63,787 bases of DNA from a virus (taxonomy: Duplodnaviria; Caudoviricetes): the IMG/VR virus record IMGVR_UViG_3300025151_000033, positions 1 to 63,787 of that record; one strand, 5' to 3'. The notes beneath the pieces are model-generated. The model made no database searches. It had not been told where the DNA came from and worked only from the letters and a program-made list of their open reading frames with translations. Below are positions 37,400 to 47,938 of this stretch, one piece after another (the stretch's first letter is position 1; each line of letters opens with the position of its first letter). Both the position numbers and the translations under genes were made by a program.

Positions 37400-38311
37400 A
37401 TGTTATGGACAGAAAAATATAGACCAACAAGATTATCACAATTAGTAGGACAAGAATCATTTAAGATGGATGCAGAAAATTGGGTTTTACTCAAAGATAT
37501 GCCAAATGTCTTAATTCATGGTTCAGCAGGAACAGGAAAAACTGCGGCTGCTTATATCTTAGGTTATGAAATGTTGGGTAAAGACATGAAATCTAATTTT
37601 TATGAAATCAATGCAAGTGATGACAGGAAGTTAGAAGTTGTAAGAAATAGGATTAAAGAGATTGTAAGTCATTCAACTATTGGTGATGTTCCTTTCAAAA
37701 TCATCTTTTTAGATGAGATGGAGGGTATGACTAATGATGCTCAAAATGCGTTAAAGCGAATTATGGAACGATATGCAGACCATGTTCGTTTTATCTTCAC
37801 AAGCAACGATAGGTCTAAAATTGTTTACCCACTTCAAAGCCGATGTGCAAACTATTACTTCAATACATTAAGTAATGAAGCAATATTGAATGTTGTTGAA
37901 TTTGTGTTAAATGAAGAAAAACAAAAGATTCCACCAAGTAGTGAGTTGCAAGCCTTTATAGGGGCATACAATGGTGATATGCGTAGGGTGCTTACGGAAT
38001 TACAAGCGTCAATAAATTCTAATACCGCACTTAAAACTCAAATCAATAAAAGTCTTGATGAATACCAAAAAGTAATTGAGGACATTATTGACCAAAAACT
38101 TGATTCAGCATTGGAGAAAATGTTTGAATTAATTTATAGTGGTAATACACTTAAAAATATATGTGTAGGATTACATGATGTAATAACAAATGGAGAAATG
38201 GATAGCCGACAAAAATATAAATTGTTAGGTATTATTGGTGAAACAGAATGGAGAAGTCAAACTATGACTCCAAGAGTTTTAGCATCATGGATGATTGCAC
38301 AGACAAAATAA
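37400..38311 (+). CDS. rfcS: replication factor C small subunit
   Basis: WTEKYRP, GSAGTGKT, EINASDDR, LDEMEGMT.DAQNALKR.ME, LQSRC. Confidence 0.92.
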   Translation: MLWTEKYRPTRLSQLVGQESFKMDAENWVLLKDMPNVLIHGSAGTGKTAAAYILGYEMLGKDMKSNFYEINASDDRKLEVVRNRIKEIVSHSTIGDVPFKIIFLDEMEGMTNDAQNALKRIMERYADHVRFIFTSNDRSKIVYPLQSRCANYYFNTLSNEAILNVVEFVLNEEKQKIPPSSELQAFIGAYNGDMRRVLTELQASINSNTALKTQINKSLDEYQKVIEDIIDQKLDSALEKMFELIYSGNTLKNICVGLHDVITNGEMDSRQKYKLLGIIGETEWRSQTMTPRVLASWMIAQTK

Positions 38312-38345
38312 ACAAAAAAAAAGAAAAAAAAGGAAGTGAAAAAAA

Positions 38346-39584
38346 ATGGATGAAAAAGTAAAGAATAATTTGGAGAAGGCATCTGAAGTCCTTAATTGGA
38401 CTTTAGAGGACACAACTGCAAAGTTGAACGAAATTTGTTCAACAAATGGTATCAATCACGAAACTGAACCATTGTTGGCATTAGGTGTTTTTAACACATG
38501 GTTTGTTCAACAAAAGAAGAGGCAAGAAAATCCTCAAGCAGAAACAATGAGTAATAATAATTCAAATGGACCAAAAAGTGTATTTGGATTTTTTGCCACA
38601 ATGGACGAGCCAAGAAACTTTAGTGCTTATGCTATTGATAAAGCAGTTGCTCAATACCAAAGAGATGCAGAAACAACTTATACTGTCGGTATGGTTGCAA
38701 AGGCTGTAAATGCTGATAATGGTTATCAATTGTCGGCTTGTATTGATGGTGATGAAAAGATTAAGAATATTTCTAAATTGCCTCCAACGGCTCAAGAAGT
38801 TGAAGATGGAGTTTGGATTATTCCTCTTATTACCCAAAAAACTCTTTGGGACGGAAAACCTAATGGTAATTATGGTCGCCCAATTCCTGCCGATAATTGG
38901 TCAATGAATGGAAATTTCATTGGTTCAGTTAATGGTGGAGAAGTGCGTCATTATTCCTTTAGAGCAAGAGGACAAACTGCTCAAACATTTAAGCCTGAAA
39001 TGTTCAGATTTATGCACATGGTTGCTATGAATGATGATGAAAAGGGAATGTTATATGCAGTTGATAGAGATTTCCAAACAGTATTGAGTTTGGAATATAA
39101 TGATGACTTGAATGAAAACGATGAAAAGTATGTAAATACTTCTTCATTTGAAATTCAAGAATTAGTGACTGAACACATGGGTAAGTATTTGTGTCCTTTG
39201 ATTGGTTTAGACCGTTATCATGCAGAAGTGCAATCAAAGCAATATGCTGATAGATTGGTTTTGACTGATGGTAATGTAATGAATATCAATCCTAATTTGA
39301 CTAAGGCAGGTAGCCGAACAATCTTTATTTCTGATATTAATGCAGATTTTGATTATAGCGGTGAATTGTATTCTTCAACGGCTTGTTGGATTCCTCAATC
39401 AATTGAAATTGATTTTGGAGTAGGAAGCCATGTTATGTTGTTGGGAAGAACAAGTCAAAGAACTATGGACGATGGAAGTTTATCTCAAGTTTCTATCAAT
39501 GTAGTTGGATTGTATGTTATTAACCGAAGAGGCTCAACAATTGATTTCAATGACGCTCAAGAAGAAGATTTTGAGTGGTTTTGA
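38346..39584 (+). CDS. putative ssDNA-binding (RPA/OB-fold) protein
   Basis: Position in replication cluster, beta-rich C-terminal domain, acidic-aromatic tail EEDFEWF. Confidence 0.5.
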   Translation: MDEKVKNNLEKASEVLNWTLEDTTAKLNEICSTNGINHETEPLLALGVFNTWFVQQKKRQENPQAETMSNNNSNGPKSVFGFFATMDEPRNFSAYAIDKAVAQYQRDAETTYTVGMVAKAVNADNGYQLSACIDGDEKIKNISKLPPTAQEVEDGVWIIPLITQKTLWDGKPNGNYGRPIPADNWSMNGNFIGSVNGGEVRHYSFRARGQTAQTFKPEMFRFMHMVAMNDDEKGMLYAVDRDFQTVLSLEYNDDLNENDEKYVNTSSFEIQELVTEHMGKYLCPLIGLDRYHAEVQSKQYADRLVLTDGNVMNINPNLTKAGSRTIFISDINADFDYSGELYSSTACWIPQSIEIDFGVGSHVMLLGRTSQRTMDDGSLSQVSINVVGLYVINRRGSTIDFNDAQEEDFEWF

Positions 39585-39691
39585 TACTCAATAGGTTTAA
39601 CTACCAACCTACAACCTTATAATCGTATTAGGTTTGAATGACGGTCAATTAGGTGCGAAGCCTATCCTAAATTAAAAAAGGAGAAATTAAA

Positions 39692-40561
39692 ATGAGTTGG
39701 ACAACAGAAAAGAAAGAAGATAGTAATGTCAGCAAATATGCTCTATTAAAAGAGCAAATGCTAAATCAAATCAAAGACCGTATGGACAGGGATAGAACAT
39801 TTATCAACTGTGCAATTACAGGACTTGCTAAAGTCGGTAAAACGGGAATTGCTTTAGATTGTAGGACAGAAGAAGAAATTAAGAAAGGAATGAAGGTTCT
39901 TGTATTAGATTGGGATAATGGGGCTGAACCCACTTGGAGTTCTTGTCATAACCGTGATGAGAACATTATCATCTTTAATCCTATTCAAAGGAATGAAGAT
40001 GGAACATCAAACTTTAATGCTGGATTTGAAAATTCACACGCATTTATTAGATATTGCCGTGAATTGATTGAAGATGGTCAAGTAAAAGCAGTTATTCTTG
40101 ATGGACTTGATAAAGCGTATGAAGCATCGGCTATGGTGCTAAGACAACATTTAGTTAAGTCTGGAAAGAGAGATGGAACAGTTATCCATGATACAGATGC
40201 AATTAGAGTTAGCCCTCTTGATTGGGGTATTCGTAATCAAATCTATAACCGTCTATTAGATGACTTTATGGATTTGAAGTGTGATAGATATACTATTACA
40301 CATATGAAGCCTGTATATGGTGATATTGTTAATCCTGTGCCTATTGGTGAAGTTCCCGATTGGCATAAAACTACACCTGCAAGATTTGTGCAAATGATTC
40401 ACATTAACCAAAAGAAGGTTAGTGGTGTTCAAAAGTATATTGCTACTTGTAATGCAAGTAAAACCCGACCTGAATTAGTTGGTAAAGAATGGGTTGTTTT
40501 CTCCACTAATGGTGAAAATAAGTGGTTCGGTATTGATGAGATTCGGGAGGGTAATCTGTGA
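39692..40561 (+). CDS. RecA/Sak4-like (AAA_24) ATPase
   Basis: GLAKVGKT Walker A, VLDWD, VILDG Walker B. Confidence 0.65.
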   Translation: MSWTTEKKEDSNVSKYALLKEQMLNQIKDRMDRDRTFINCAITGLAKVGKTGIALDCRTEEEIKKGMKVLVLDWDNGAEPTWSSCHNRDENIIIFNPIQRNEDGTSNFNAGFENSHAFIRYCRELIEDGQVKAVILDGLDKAYEASAMVLRQHLVKSGKRDGTVIHDTDAIRVSPLDWGIRNQIYNRLLDDFMDLKCDRYTITHMKPVYGDIVNPVPIGEVPDWHKTTPARFVQMIHINQKKVSGVQKYIATCNASKTRPELVGKEWVVFSTNGENKWFGIDEIREGNL

Positions 40562-41328
40562 AGTTTCTTGTAAATGATGGTAAATACTTTACAAACGCAA
40601 TTCTTAACTGCACACTAAAAGGTAAATTCTTTACAAGTGGTGGAGTTAAAAATAAAAGTTTGGGAGATTATGTTTATCTTGAATTGAAAGAAAATGAGTT
40701 GTTAATTTACAATGCTGATGATACAATGGCTCTTGAGCAAACTATGTTTGTTGAAGGTTTAGAAGATGGAAATGCTACTGTTGAAGCAAGTAAATTACTT
40801 CAATACTTGAAAAAGTTTGGAGATAACTTCACAATTACAATGAATGATATAATTAGAATTACAGGCGGTGGTAAAACCGCTTCTATGGGTATTGTTGTAA
40901 ATCACCCATATTATGATATGATTACTGTATTCAAATCAAGAGTTAATGATTACAACTTTAGTCAAGAATTAAAGGACTATCCTGCTTGGTCGGATAGACT
41001 TTCATTTGAAACTAAGATAACTGTTAATTCTGATACTTTCATTGAAGCCGTTAGTGCTTGTGAAATTGTAGGAACAGGAATATATAAAATGGATTATGGA
41101 GAAGATTTCAGTATTTCATCAACAGATGATTTTGCTGGATTTAATTCTATTTGCGACACTTTAACAAATGAAGGAGAAGAAGCAACAGTTGAATTTACAA
41201 GTCCTATTCATAGATTCTTTGAGAAAAAATCTGTGATGAGTATTTTATTCAATGATGATTCACCAATTTTGTTTTTGGCAGGAGATAGAAAATTATTCAA
41301 AGCACCATTTATTACAATGTTAAGGTGA
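40558..41328 (+). CDS. DNA sliding clamp (PCNA-like)
   Basis: 256 aa, two-domain clamp-like pattern, C-terminal SPILF...LFKAP; next to RFC and PolB. Confidence 0.6.
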   Translation: MKFLVNDGKYFTNAILNCTLKGKFFTSGGVKNKSLGDYVYLELKENELLIYNADDTMALEQTMFVEGLEDGNATVEASKLLQYLKKFGDNFTITMNDIIRITGGGKTASMGIVVNHPYYDMITVFKSRVNDYNFSQELKDYPAWSDRLSFETKITVNSDTFIEAVSACEIVGTGIYKMDYGEDFSISSTDDFAGFNSICDTLTNEGEEATVEFTSPIHRFFEKKSVMSILFNDDSPILFLAGDRKLFKAPFITMLR

Positions 41329-41332
41329 TATT

Positions 41333-41653
41333 ATGCACATGGAAGATTATCAAAAATTAGCAATAACTACTGCTATTTATCCTAAAGAACAAGGTTTAGT
41401 TTATACTGCTTTAGGTCTTTGTGGAGAAGCGGGAGAAGTTGCTGAAAAGATTAAAAAGTATATTAGAGATGATGGAGATATAGAAGTTCTTAGAACTAAT
41501 GTATCTAAAGAATTAGGAGATGTGCTTTGGTATATTGCTAATTTGGCACATGAATTAAATTTAGATTTAGGAACAATTGCTTCAGATAACTACCTTAAAC
41601 TTAAATCAAGACAAGAAAGAAATGTTCTTAGTGGTAGCGGTGATAATAGATGA
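41333..41653 (+). CDS. MazG-like NTP pyrophosphohydrolase
   Basis: GLCGEAGEVAEKIKK...KELGDVLWY. Confidence 0.88.
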   Translation: MHMEDYQKLAITTAIYPKEQGLVYTALGLCGEAGEVAEKIKKYIRDDGDIEVLRTNVSKELGDVLWYIANLAHELNLDLGTIASDNYLKLKSRQERNVLSGSGDNR

Positions 41654-43344
41654 ATATTTGTTATACAGATAATGATAAAACTATTCACTTACGATGGAGA
41701 GATGAAAAGGGAAATAGAGTTGAAGAGGATGTATCTGACTTTAGACCTTATTTCTTTGTAAGAGCAATTGAACCTTCTAAAGATGGATATAATATAACTG
41801 AACATATTAATGGGCGTAAAGTCAAGTTATGGTATCCTTTTGATTATGAAGAAGGTAATTGGGTTAATTTGCAGGGTGCTTTGTTAAAGAAAGTTTATGT
41901 TCAAAAACCTGGAGATATGAAAGTTGCAAGAGAAGAATTTAATCAAACCTATGAAGCAGATGTAAAAATAATTGACCGATATGCAGTTGATAGATTAACT
42001 AATATTCCTGATTCTAAAATTAGAAAGTTGTATTGGGATATGGAATGGATTAATAATGATTCGGAACATGGAGATGCAATTACTGTAATTGTAGGATATG
42101 ATAATTATGATGAAACTTATTACCAATGGTCGTGGTTTCCCGATGAACATTACATAGAACAGAAGCAACACTATTCATTTCATCATCATATATTTGATAA
42201 TGAAAAGGATATGATTCAAGATTTTATTGAATTTATTCAAGAAAAAGACCACGATATGCTTATTGCATGGTTTGGTAATTTTGCAGATATTCCTAAGTTA
42301 ATTCATCGTTGTATTCATAATGGAATAGACCCAAGACAATTATCCCCATACAATGATGTATCGGGAGTTTATTGGAATGGTGGAGTTAAAACTTCTAAGA
42401 AGGTTGATAACTACGGAGATATTTACCAACCTATTAAGGGAAGAATAACTCTCAATTTAGATGTTGCATTTGAAAGACAATGGAATGATGCTCAAAGAGG
42501 AACATTACCAAGTTTATCTTTAGATTATGTAGCAGAAGTGGCATTGGGTAAAAATAAGTTAGTATCTGAAAAATTTCCTGACCCTGATGATTTTTATTCA
42601 AGAGGTTGGTTGGAAGATACTGAAACATATTTGAAGTATGCTTTAATAGATGTTGAATTGATGGTTGAATTAGATGAGATTAATTTTTGTAGTGATGCAA
42701 TTTTATCCTTACAAAGAATCCTTTTAGCCCCATTTGAGTCTTGCCTCCATGTATCTAAAATGGGAGGTATTTACTTTATGCGTAATGCTGATTGGAAAGC
42801 ACCAACAGGTAAAAAGGGTATTACAGAACAATATGACGGTGCTATGATTTATGACCCTATGAGTGAACAAACTCAAGGATTACATTTAGGAGTGGCGGCA
42901 TTTGATTTTGCAGGTCTATATCCTTCAATGATGATTTCAAGGAATATTAGTTGGGAAACTAAATCTGATACTCCTACTGAATTTGCAGTTAATATTGCAA
43001 CACCGAGAGATTTTAGTCCTACTAAAGCAAAAGTAATGAGATACTATAAAACGGATAAGTTAGGTCTATTACCAAGAGCAGTTCTTGAATTAAAAGATTT
43101 GAGAGATTTGTATAAGAAAAGAATGTATAAAGCAAGGGCTGATGGAAACAAAGAAGAATATAATAAGTGGTATGTAAATCAAATGGCAGTAAAGCGGTTA
43201 TCTGCGTCTTTTTATGGCGTAGTCGCTTATCAAGGATTTGGTTGGTGTGATATTGGTTTAGCATCATCAATTACTGCTTCTGCAAGAGAAGCAATTAGAT
43301 TAGCGGCATTTAGGGCAAAGGAGTTGAGTAATAATGAAGTTTGA
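41650..43344 (+). CDS. polB: family B DNA polymerase, N-terminal part (exonuclease plus motifs A and B)
   Basis: WDMEW exoI, FADIP exoII, YALID exoIII, DFAGLYPS, KRLSASFYG. Confidence 0.9.
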   Translation: MNICYTDNDKTIHLRWRDEKGNRVEEDVSDFRPYFFVRAIEPSKDGYNITEHINGRKVKLWYPFDYEEGNWVNLQGALLKKVYVQKPGDMKVAREEFNQTYEADVKIIDRYAVDRLTNIPDSKIRKLYWDMEWINNDSEHGDAITVIVGYDNYDETYYQWSWFPDEHYIEQKQHYSFHHHIFDNEKDMIQDFIEFIQEKDHDMLIAWFGNFADIPKLIHRCIHNGIDPRQLSPYNDVSGVYWNGGVKTSKKVDNYGDIYQPIKGRITLNLDVAFERQWNDAQRGTLPSLSLDYVAEVALGKNKLVSEKFPDPDDFYSRGWLEDTETYLKYALIDVELMVELDEINFCSDAILSLQRILLAPFESCLHVSKMGGIYFMRNADWKAPTGKKGITEQYDGAMIYDPMSEQTQGLHLGVAAFDFAGLYPSMMISRNISWETKSDTPTEFAVNIATPRDFSPTKAKVMRYYKTDKLGLLPRAVLELKDLRDLYKKRMYKARADGNKEEYNKWYVNQMAVKRLSASFYGVVAYQGFGWCDIGLASSITASAREAIRLAAFRAKELSNNEV

Positions 43345-43750
43345 AGGTATAACTTTAATTAACTTATGTCCTCATGCTATTGATATTAAAGATATTCTTC
43401 ATATACCCGAAAGGCATTGGGTAGCAAGATGTAAGAATCAATCATCTATTAAATATAAACCTACTATTCTTAACTTTCAACATAAAGGAGTTAGGTTTGG
43501 TTTATTAAATGATGTAGTTAGAATTTACAATACTAAGAAAAGTGAAGAAGGAGAAGAAAAAGAATGGAAACCTTTTCCTCCAGAATTACCTTTTACATTT
43601 TATATAGTATCACAAATAACTGCTGATAAACTTAAAGACAGAAATGACATTCTAATACCAGATAGTAAAACAAAAGATGGAGAATTAATTGTTCGTGGAT
43701 TTTTATGTAGTGAAGCGACTTATGTAAATATAGTGGAGTGTTTAGAATGA
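43334..43750 (+). CDS. hypothetical protein inserted between the PolB halves
   Basis: 138 aa, LINLCPHAI...YIVS...RNDILIP; overlaps both neighbours. Confidence 0.65.
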   Translation: MKFEGITLINLCPHAIDIKDILHIPERHWVARCKNQSSIKYKPTILNFQHKGVRFGLLNDVVRIYNTKKSEEGEEKEWKPFPPELPFTFYIVSQITADKLKDRNDILIPDSKTKDGELIVRGFLCSEATYVNIVECLE

Positions 43751-44637
43751 AAGTAGTTTATGGACACACGGATTCTATTTATGTTCAAGTTGAATCTATT
43801 GAAGAAGCAAAAAAGGTAGCCGAGAATATAAATGATTATGTTCAAGGTTTTTTTCCTAATTCTTTGAATTTACCTACGCATCCTGTTCAATTAGAATTTG
43901 AAAAGTATTTTTCAGCATTAGGAGTTGGTTGTGTTTCTTCAAGAAATGCAGGTTTAATTTCTTGGAAAGAAGGTGTGCATTTAGATAAGAAAGAATTTAC
44001 TATGACAGGTTTTGTTGCAAAAAGAGTTGCTGAAACTAAACTTGCAAAAGAAGTGCAAACTAAAGCATTGAAAATGTGGGTTGGAGAATCAACTCAAAAT
44101 GAAATTACTGAATATTCTAAGAGTCAATTCAATGAAGTAAAACAAGGAAGAAAGCCTATTGAATATTTAGTAAAGCGACAAAGACTTAAAAAGAATAGAC
44201 TTAAAGTTAAATGTGGAGATTGCAGAAAAAGATATGATGTTTTGAAAGCACCGAATAATTGTGAATGTGGAACAAGTAAAAGTTTCTTTACTACATTAGA
44301 AGGTAAAAATCCTACATTTGGTTCTGGTATTGCAGGTGTTATTTGGTTTAATACTACACAGGATAAAGTAATAGGTGATTCTTTCTATTACTTGAAAGTT
44401 GAACCTTCACATCATACTTGGACTCACCCATTAACAAATCAAATTAGAAAGGTTGAATGGATTTCAGCACCTAATCTTGAATTATTAAATGAATTAGTTA
44501 AAGATTTTAAGATTGACTATAAACATTATTCAAATGTTGTAGTTGATAAGGTAAAGCCTATATATGATGCTATGGGGTGGAACACCGAAGCAGTTTCATT
44601 AGATGAAAGGCAAAAGACATTAACGGAGTGGTTTTAG
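43747..44637 (+). CDS. polB: family B DNA polymerase, C-terminal part (motif C and thumb)
   Basis: MKVVYGHTDSIYV, LEFEK; CGDC...CEC insertion. Confidence 0.88.
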   Translation: MKVVYGHTDSIYVQVESIEEAKKVAENINDYVQGFFPNSLNLPTHPVQLEFEKYFSALGVGCVSSRNAGLISWKEGVHLDKKEFTMTGFVAKRVAETKLAKEVQTKALKMWVGESTQNEITEYSKSQFNEVKQGRKPIEYLVKRQRLKKNRLKVKCGDCRKRYDVLKAPNNCECGTSKSFFTTLEGKNPTFGSGIAGVIWFNTTQDKVIGDSFYYLKVEPSHHTWTHPLTNQIRKVEWISAPNLELLNELVKDFKIDYKHYSNVVVDKVKPIYDAMGWNTEAVSLDERQKTLTEWF

Positions 44638-44847
44638 ATGTTTACAAGAAAAACAGTTGATGAAAAGACAAAAAGTAAAGTAATACAATTAGAAGAAACA
44701 GTTAAAGCATTAGAAGCAAGACTGTTAGGAAGAATAGAAGAATTAGAAAAACAAATATTAGAATTATCTATCAAGCAAAGAAGAGATGATGGATTTTTCA
44801 AAATGATTATTGAAACAATTAAAGAATGGAGTGATAAAGATGAGTGA
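44638..44847 (+). CDS. small coiled-coil protein
   Basis: 69 aa. Confidence 0.55.
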   Translation: MFTRKTVDEKTKSKVIQLEETVKALEARLLGRIEELEKQILELSIKQRRDDGFFKMIIETIKEWSDKDE

Positions 44848-45727
44848 TATATTTACATATGATTGGAGTCCTGAAAATTATTCAGCAAGCGAAGAAGATT
44901 GGAAAGATTTTCCTATATTGAAGATGACTAAATCTTCTGTAATGTCTTATGATTGGTGTCCTAAAAAGTATTTTTATTCTTATCCTTTAAGATTACCTCA
45001 AGATAAGACAGATGCTATGACAAAAGGAATTGTTATTCACAATGCTTATGAAGATTTTTATAAGGCATTTGATGTTGAAAAGGCTATGGATTTATCTAAA
45101 GCCGAATTAACTACTTATGCTATGGGATTGTTTCCTATTGATGAATGGGGCGGAGAACAATATTGGACTTCTGCTAACTTTGAAGCAAAAAGATTTGATG
45201 AAATGAGAGAATCTGGAACTATTGATAATTTCTTACCTGTTGGTAATGAAGTTCAATTAGATGCTTTATACATGATTGCAAGAAATCAAAATCCTAAATT
45301 CCCATTAACAAGAGATTACTATGTTCATCTTCAAGGTATTATTGATAGACTGTTTGTTGAAGATGGAGGATTACTTCCTATGGAATTAAAAACAGGTGGT
45401 TGGAAAGATTACAAAACTACAGGTATGCGTAAAGAATCTGCCTTTTACAAATTATTAATTGAACACGCTGATGATGAACAATTAATTAGTCAAGGCATTG
45501 ACCCTGAAATGAAAGTAACTCAATGGGGTTGGTGGTATCCTGAATCAAATTATATTTATGCAGAAAAGGTTAAACAAACCTCAACTACATCTTTACTTAA
45601 ACTAATGGCTAAAGTTCTTTGGTCGTATGAACAGGCTAATTTCCCTGCTAAGTATTATTATAAGACTTGTTCTCATTGTTCCTATTTTGGAATATGTGAT
45701 GATGCACAAAATCAATCTTTCTGGTGA
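44840..45727 (+). CDS. Cas4-like PD-(D/E)XK nuclease
   Basis: WCPKKY, GIIDRL, ELKTG, CSHCSYFGIC. Confidence 0.8.
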   Translation: MSDIFTYDWSPENYSASEEDWKDFPILKMTKSSVMSYDWCPKKYFYSYPLRLPQDKTDAMTKGIVIHNAYEDFYKAFDVEKAMDLSKAELTTYAMGLFPIDEWGGEQYWTSANFEAKRFDEMRESGTIDNFLPVGNEVQLDALYMIARNQNPKFPLTRDYYVHLQGIIDRLFVEDGGLLPMELKTGGWKDYKTTGMRKESAFYKLLIEHADDEQLISQGIDPEMKVTQWGWWYPESNYIYAEKVKQTSTTSLLKLMAKVLWSYEQANFPAKYYYKTCSHCSYFGICDDAQNQSFW

Positions 45728-45732
45728 TTAAT

Positions 45733-46119
45733 ATGAATGAAAGAATAGATAATATTATTCAATCAAGGGATTGGACTTTTGATGCTATTTCTAATCTTAG
45801 AGAAACTATTGATTCTATTTATATGGAATTACAAGGTGAATTATCTGGTAGTGAAAAATTAGATATTGTTTGGGATATGGATGTTGAAATAACAGGTAAT
45901 TTTGGTGAAGGCTTTAATGATTTAGTCAAGATTAAATTATCAGCAATAATAGCAGAAAGAATTAGTATTTTATTGAAGCAAGCGAAAGTTGTATTTGAGA
46001 AACCTGATACAAAGGCGCAGTTGCCCGAAGTTCCAAAGGAAAAACCGAAAACAAAAGTTTCAGTAAATGATACAACCGCAAATACAAGAATTGGGGATGT
46101 TAAGGTTGAAAGAATATGA
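45733..46119 (+). CDS. hypothetical protein
   Basis: ~128 aa, GGTGA SD. Confidence 0.6.
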   Translation: MNERIDNIIQSRDWTFDAISNLRETIDSIYMELQGELSGSEKLDIVWDMDVEITGNFGEGFNDLVKIKLSAIIAERISILLKQAKVVFEKPDTKAQLPEVPKEKPKTKVSVNDTTANTRIGDVKVERI

Positions 46120-46123
46120 ATTA

Positions 46124-47143
46124 ATGTTTCCGAGAGTAGTATGGGCAGGTTCAACTAAAAATTCGGGATTTGGCACACCAAGAATGGTTGTGAATAATAA
46201 AACAGAATATGCTAATTTTATTAAAGCATATAATAACAAAATGAATGTTTATACTACTGTTTATGATTTCAAACAGTTTAGAGGAAGTAAACAAGTTGAT
46301 GCTTCTGTAATTGTAAATAGAGCATTTTTAGATTTTGATTCTCACGATGAACCTATTGAAAAGTCGTGGGAAGATGTTAAGTTAGTAGTAAAAAAACTTA
46401 TTGACTTAGATTATAGGTTTACTTATTTCTTTAGTGGTAATGGATTTCATGTTTTTGTATATGGAGTTGAAACAAAAGGAATGTCTAATATCCGACCTGT
46501 TCAGGCTTTTTGGAGAGAAGTTCAAAGTTGGACTAAAAATGGAACATTAGATGGAAGAGTAATTCAAACTTCAAGACTTAGAAGAATACCTAATACAGTA
46601 AATATGAATAGCAATAATCATTATTATTGTATTCCTTTATTGATTAGTGATATTGATAAAAGTATTGAAGAAATATTAGAGATGGCTATTACACCAAGAT
46701 TAATACCAAGAGAAGAAAATGGTAATAAATTGGTTAATTGGCCTGATATTAAACCAATTCAATTAGAAGAAGCAGTTATTGATATACCAGAAAGAAAAGG
46801 TTCATTACCTTTGATTCCTTGTTTATATTCTGCTATTATGGTTGAAAATCCTTCTCACGAAGCAAGAGTATATTTAGTTCAATGGTATAGAGATATGTTA
46901 TCATTGGGTAATAGAAATCTTAGTGAAGAAGATAAAAATAAAATTAGTGAAATGATATTTCAAGAAATTGAGAAAATTGCTAAAGAAGATGATGTGTGGA
47001 TTGATTGGGACGCAAATATTACAAGAAAGTCTATTAACTATATTGTTAATGGCGGTTATAATGCACCCCATTGTGATTCAGCATTAATTCCGAAAGGATA
47101 TTGTATTGGGCGTTGTTGGCGTTATCCAACAGGAGATGAATAA
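46124..47143 (+). CDS. archaeo-eukaryotic primase with PriL-like C-terminal domain
   Basis: DFDSHD, SGNGFHV, RLRRIPNT; PCL...HC...YCIGRC. Confidence 0.82.
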   Translation: MFPRVVWAGSTKNSGFGTPRMVVNNKTEYANFIKAYNNKMNVYTTVYDFKQFRGSKQVDASVIVNRAFLDFDSHDEPIEKSWEDVKLVVKKLIDLDYRFTYFFSGNGFHVFVYGVETKGMSNIRPVQAFWREVQSWTKNGTLDGRVIQTSRLRRIPNTVNMNSNNHYYCIPLLISDIDKSIEEILEMAITPRLIPREENGNKLVNWPDIKPIQLEEAVIDIPERKGSLPLIPCLYSAIMVENPSHEARVYLVQWYRDMLSLGNRNLSEEDKNKISEMIFQEIEKIAKEDDVWIDWDANITRKSINYIVNGGYNAPHCDSALIPKGYCIGRCWRYPTGDE

Positions 47144-47247
47144 AATGAAAATTATTATGCAAACAAAATTATATGAATTTGGCTTTTGGGCTACAGAAGA
47201 ACAAAGATACCATTTACAAACTAAATTAACCGATTGGGGTCTTAAAG

Positions 47248-47937
47248 ATGCTAACGATTGACTCAAGAGAAAAGTCAGTCTTAACAAAATTAGTTGAGAT
47301 GTATTGTCGTAATCTAAATATTACTACTGAAAAGAAGTGGTTGGAAGTTGGAGATTATGTTATAGGAAATGTATGTTTTGAAGCAAAAAGCGCACAGGAC
47401 TTTTTACAATCTTTATTAAATAAAAGATTATGGAATCAATTAGATAATATGGATAGAACCTATGAGATTAATATTGTATTAATTTATGGTAATATGGATG
47501 AAGCAATTAGAACAGTTAGTTCTAAATTTGGTAAAGATATGCCAATAGAAGCAAGGCTTACTTTATTGAATAATAAGTTTATGGGAGGAATAGGAAGGAT
47601 TGCATTAGATACTGATGCTAAACCTATATTTGTTCCTAATGAATCAATTGCGGCAAAGTTAATTGCTTCAATTGCTAAAATGCAACCTGTTGATAGACCC
47701 GCTATTGCACCTGCATTAGTTAAAAGAATATCAACAGATGACATGAGATTAGATACATTAACTACCATTAAAGGAGTTAGTGAAAAGAAAGCAAAGGATT
47801 TATTGAAAACCTTTGGGTCTATTATGGAAATAGGCGAATGTAAGTTAGAAGAATTAACTTACTTAGATGGAATAGGAGAAACTATTGCAGAAAGAATTTT
47901 AGATGTTTTACATAGTGAAGAAAAGGTGGTTGAATAA
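47248..47937 (+). CDS. ERCC4/XPF (Hef-like) nuclease with HhH motifs
   Basis: IDSRE, VGDY, EAKS..DF; IKGVSEKKA, LDGIGETIA. Confidence 0.85.
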   Translation: MLTIDSREKSVLTKLVEMYCRNLNITTEKKWLEVGDYVIGNVCFEAKSAQDFLQSLLNKRLWNQLDNMDRTYEINIVLIYGNMDEAIRTVSSKFGKDMPIEARLTLLNNKFMGGIGRIALDTDAKPIFVPNESIAAKLIASIAKMQPVDRPAIAPALVKRISTDDMRLDTLTTIKGVSEKKAKDLLKTFGSIMEIGECKLEELTYLDGIGETIAERILDVLHSEEKVVE

Positions 47938-47938
47938 T

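Noticed and set aside
43334-43750. Intein or homing endonuclease interrupting PolB
   Set aside because: Separate frame with its own start and stop; no intein termini and no HNH, LAGLIDADG or GIY-YIG motifs
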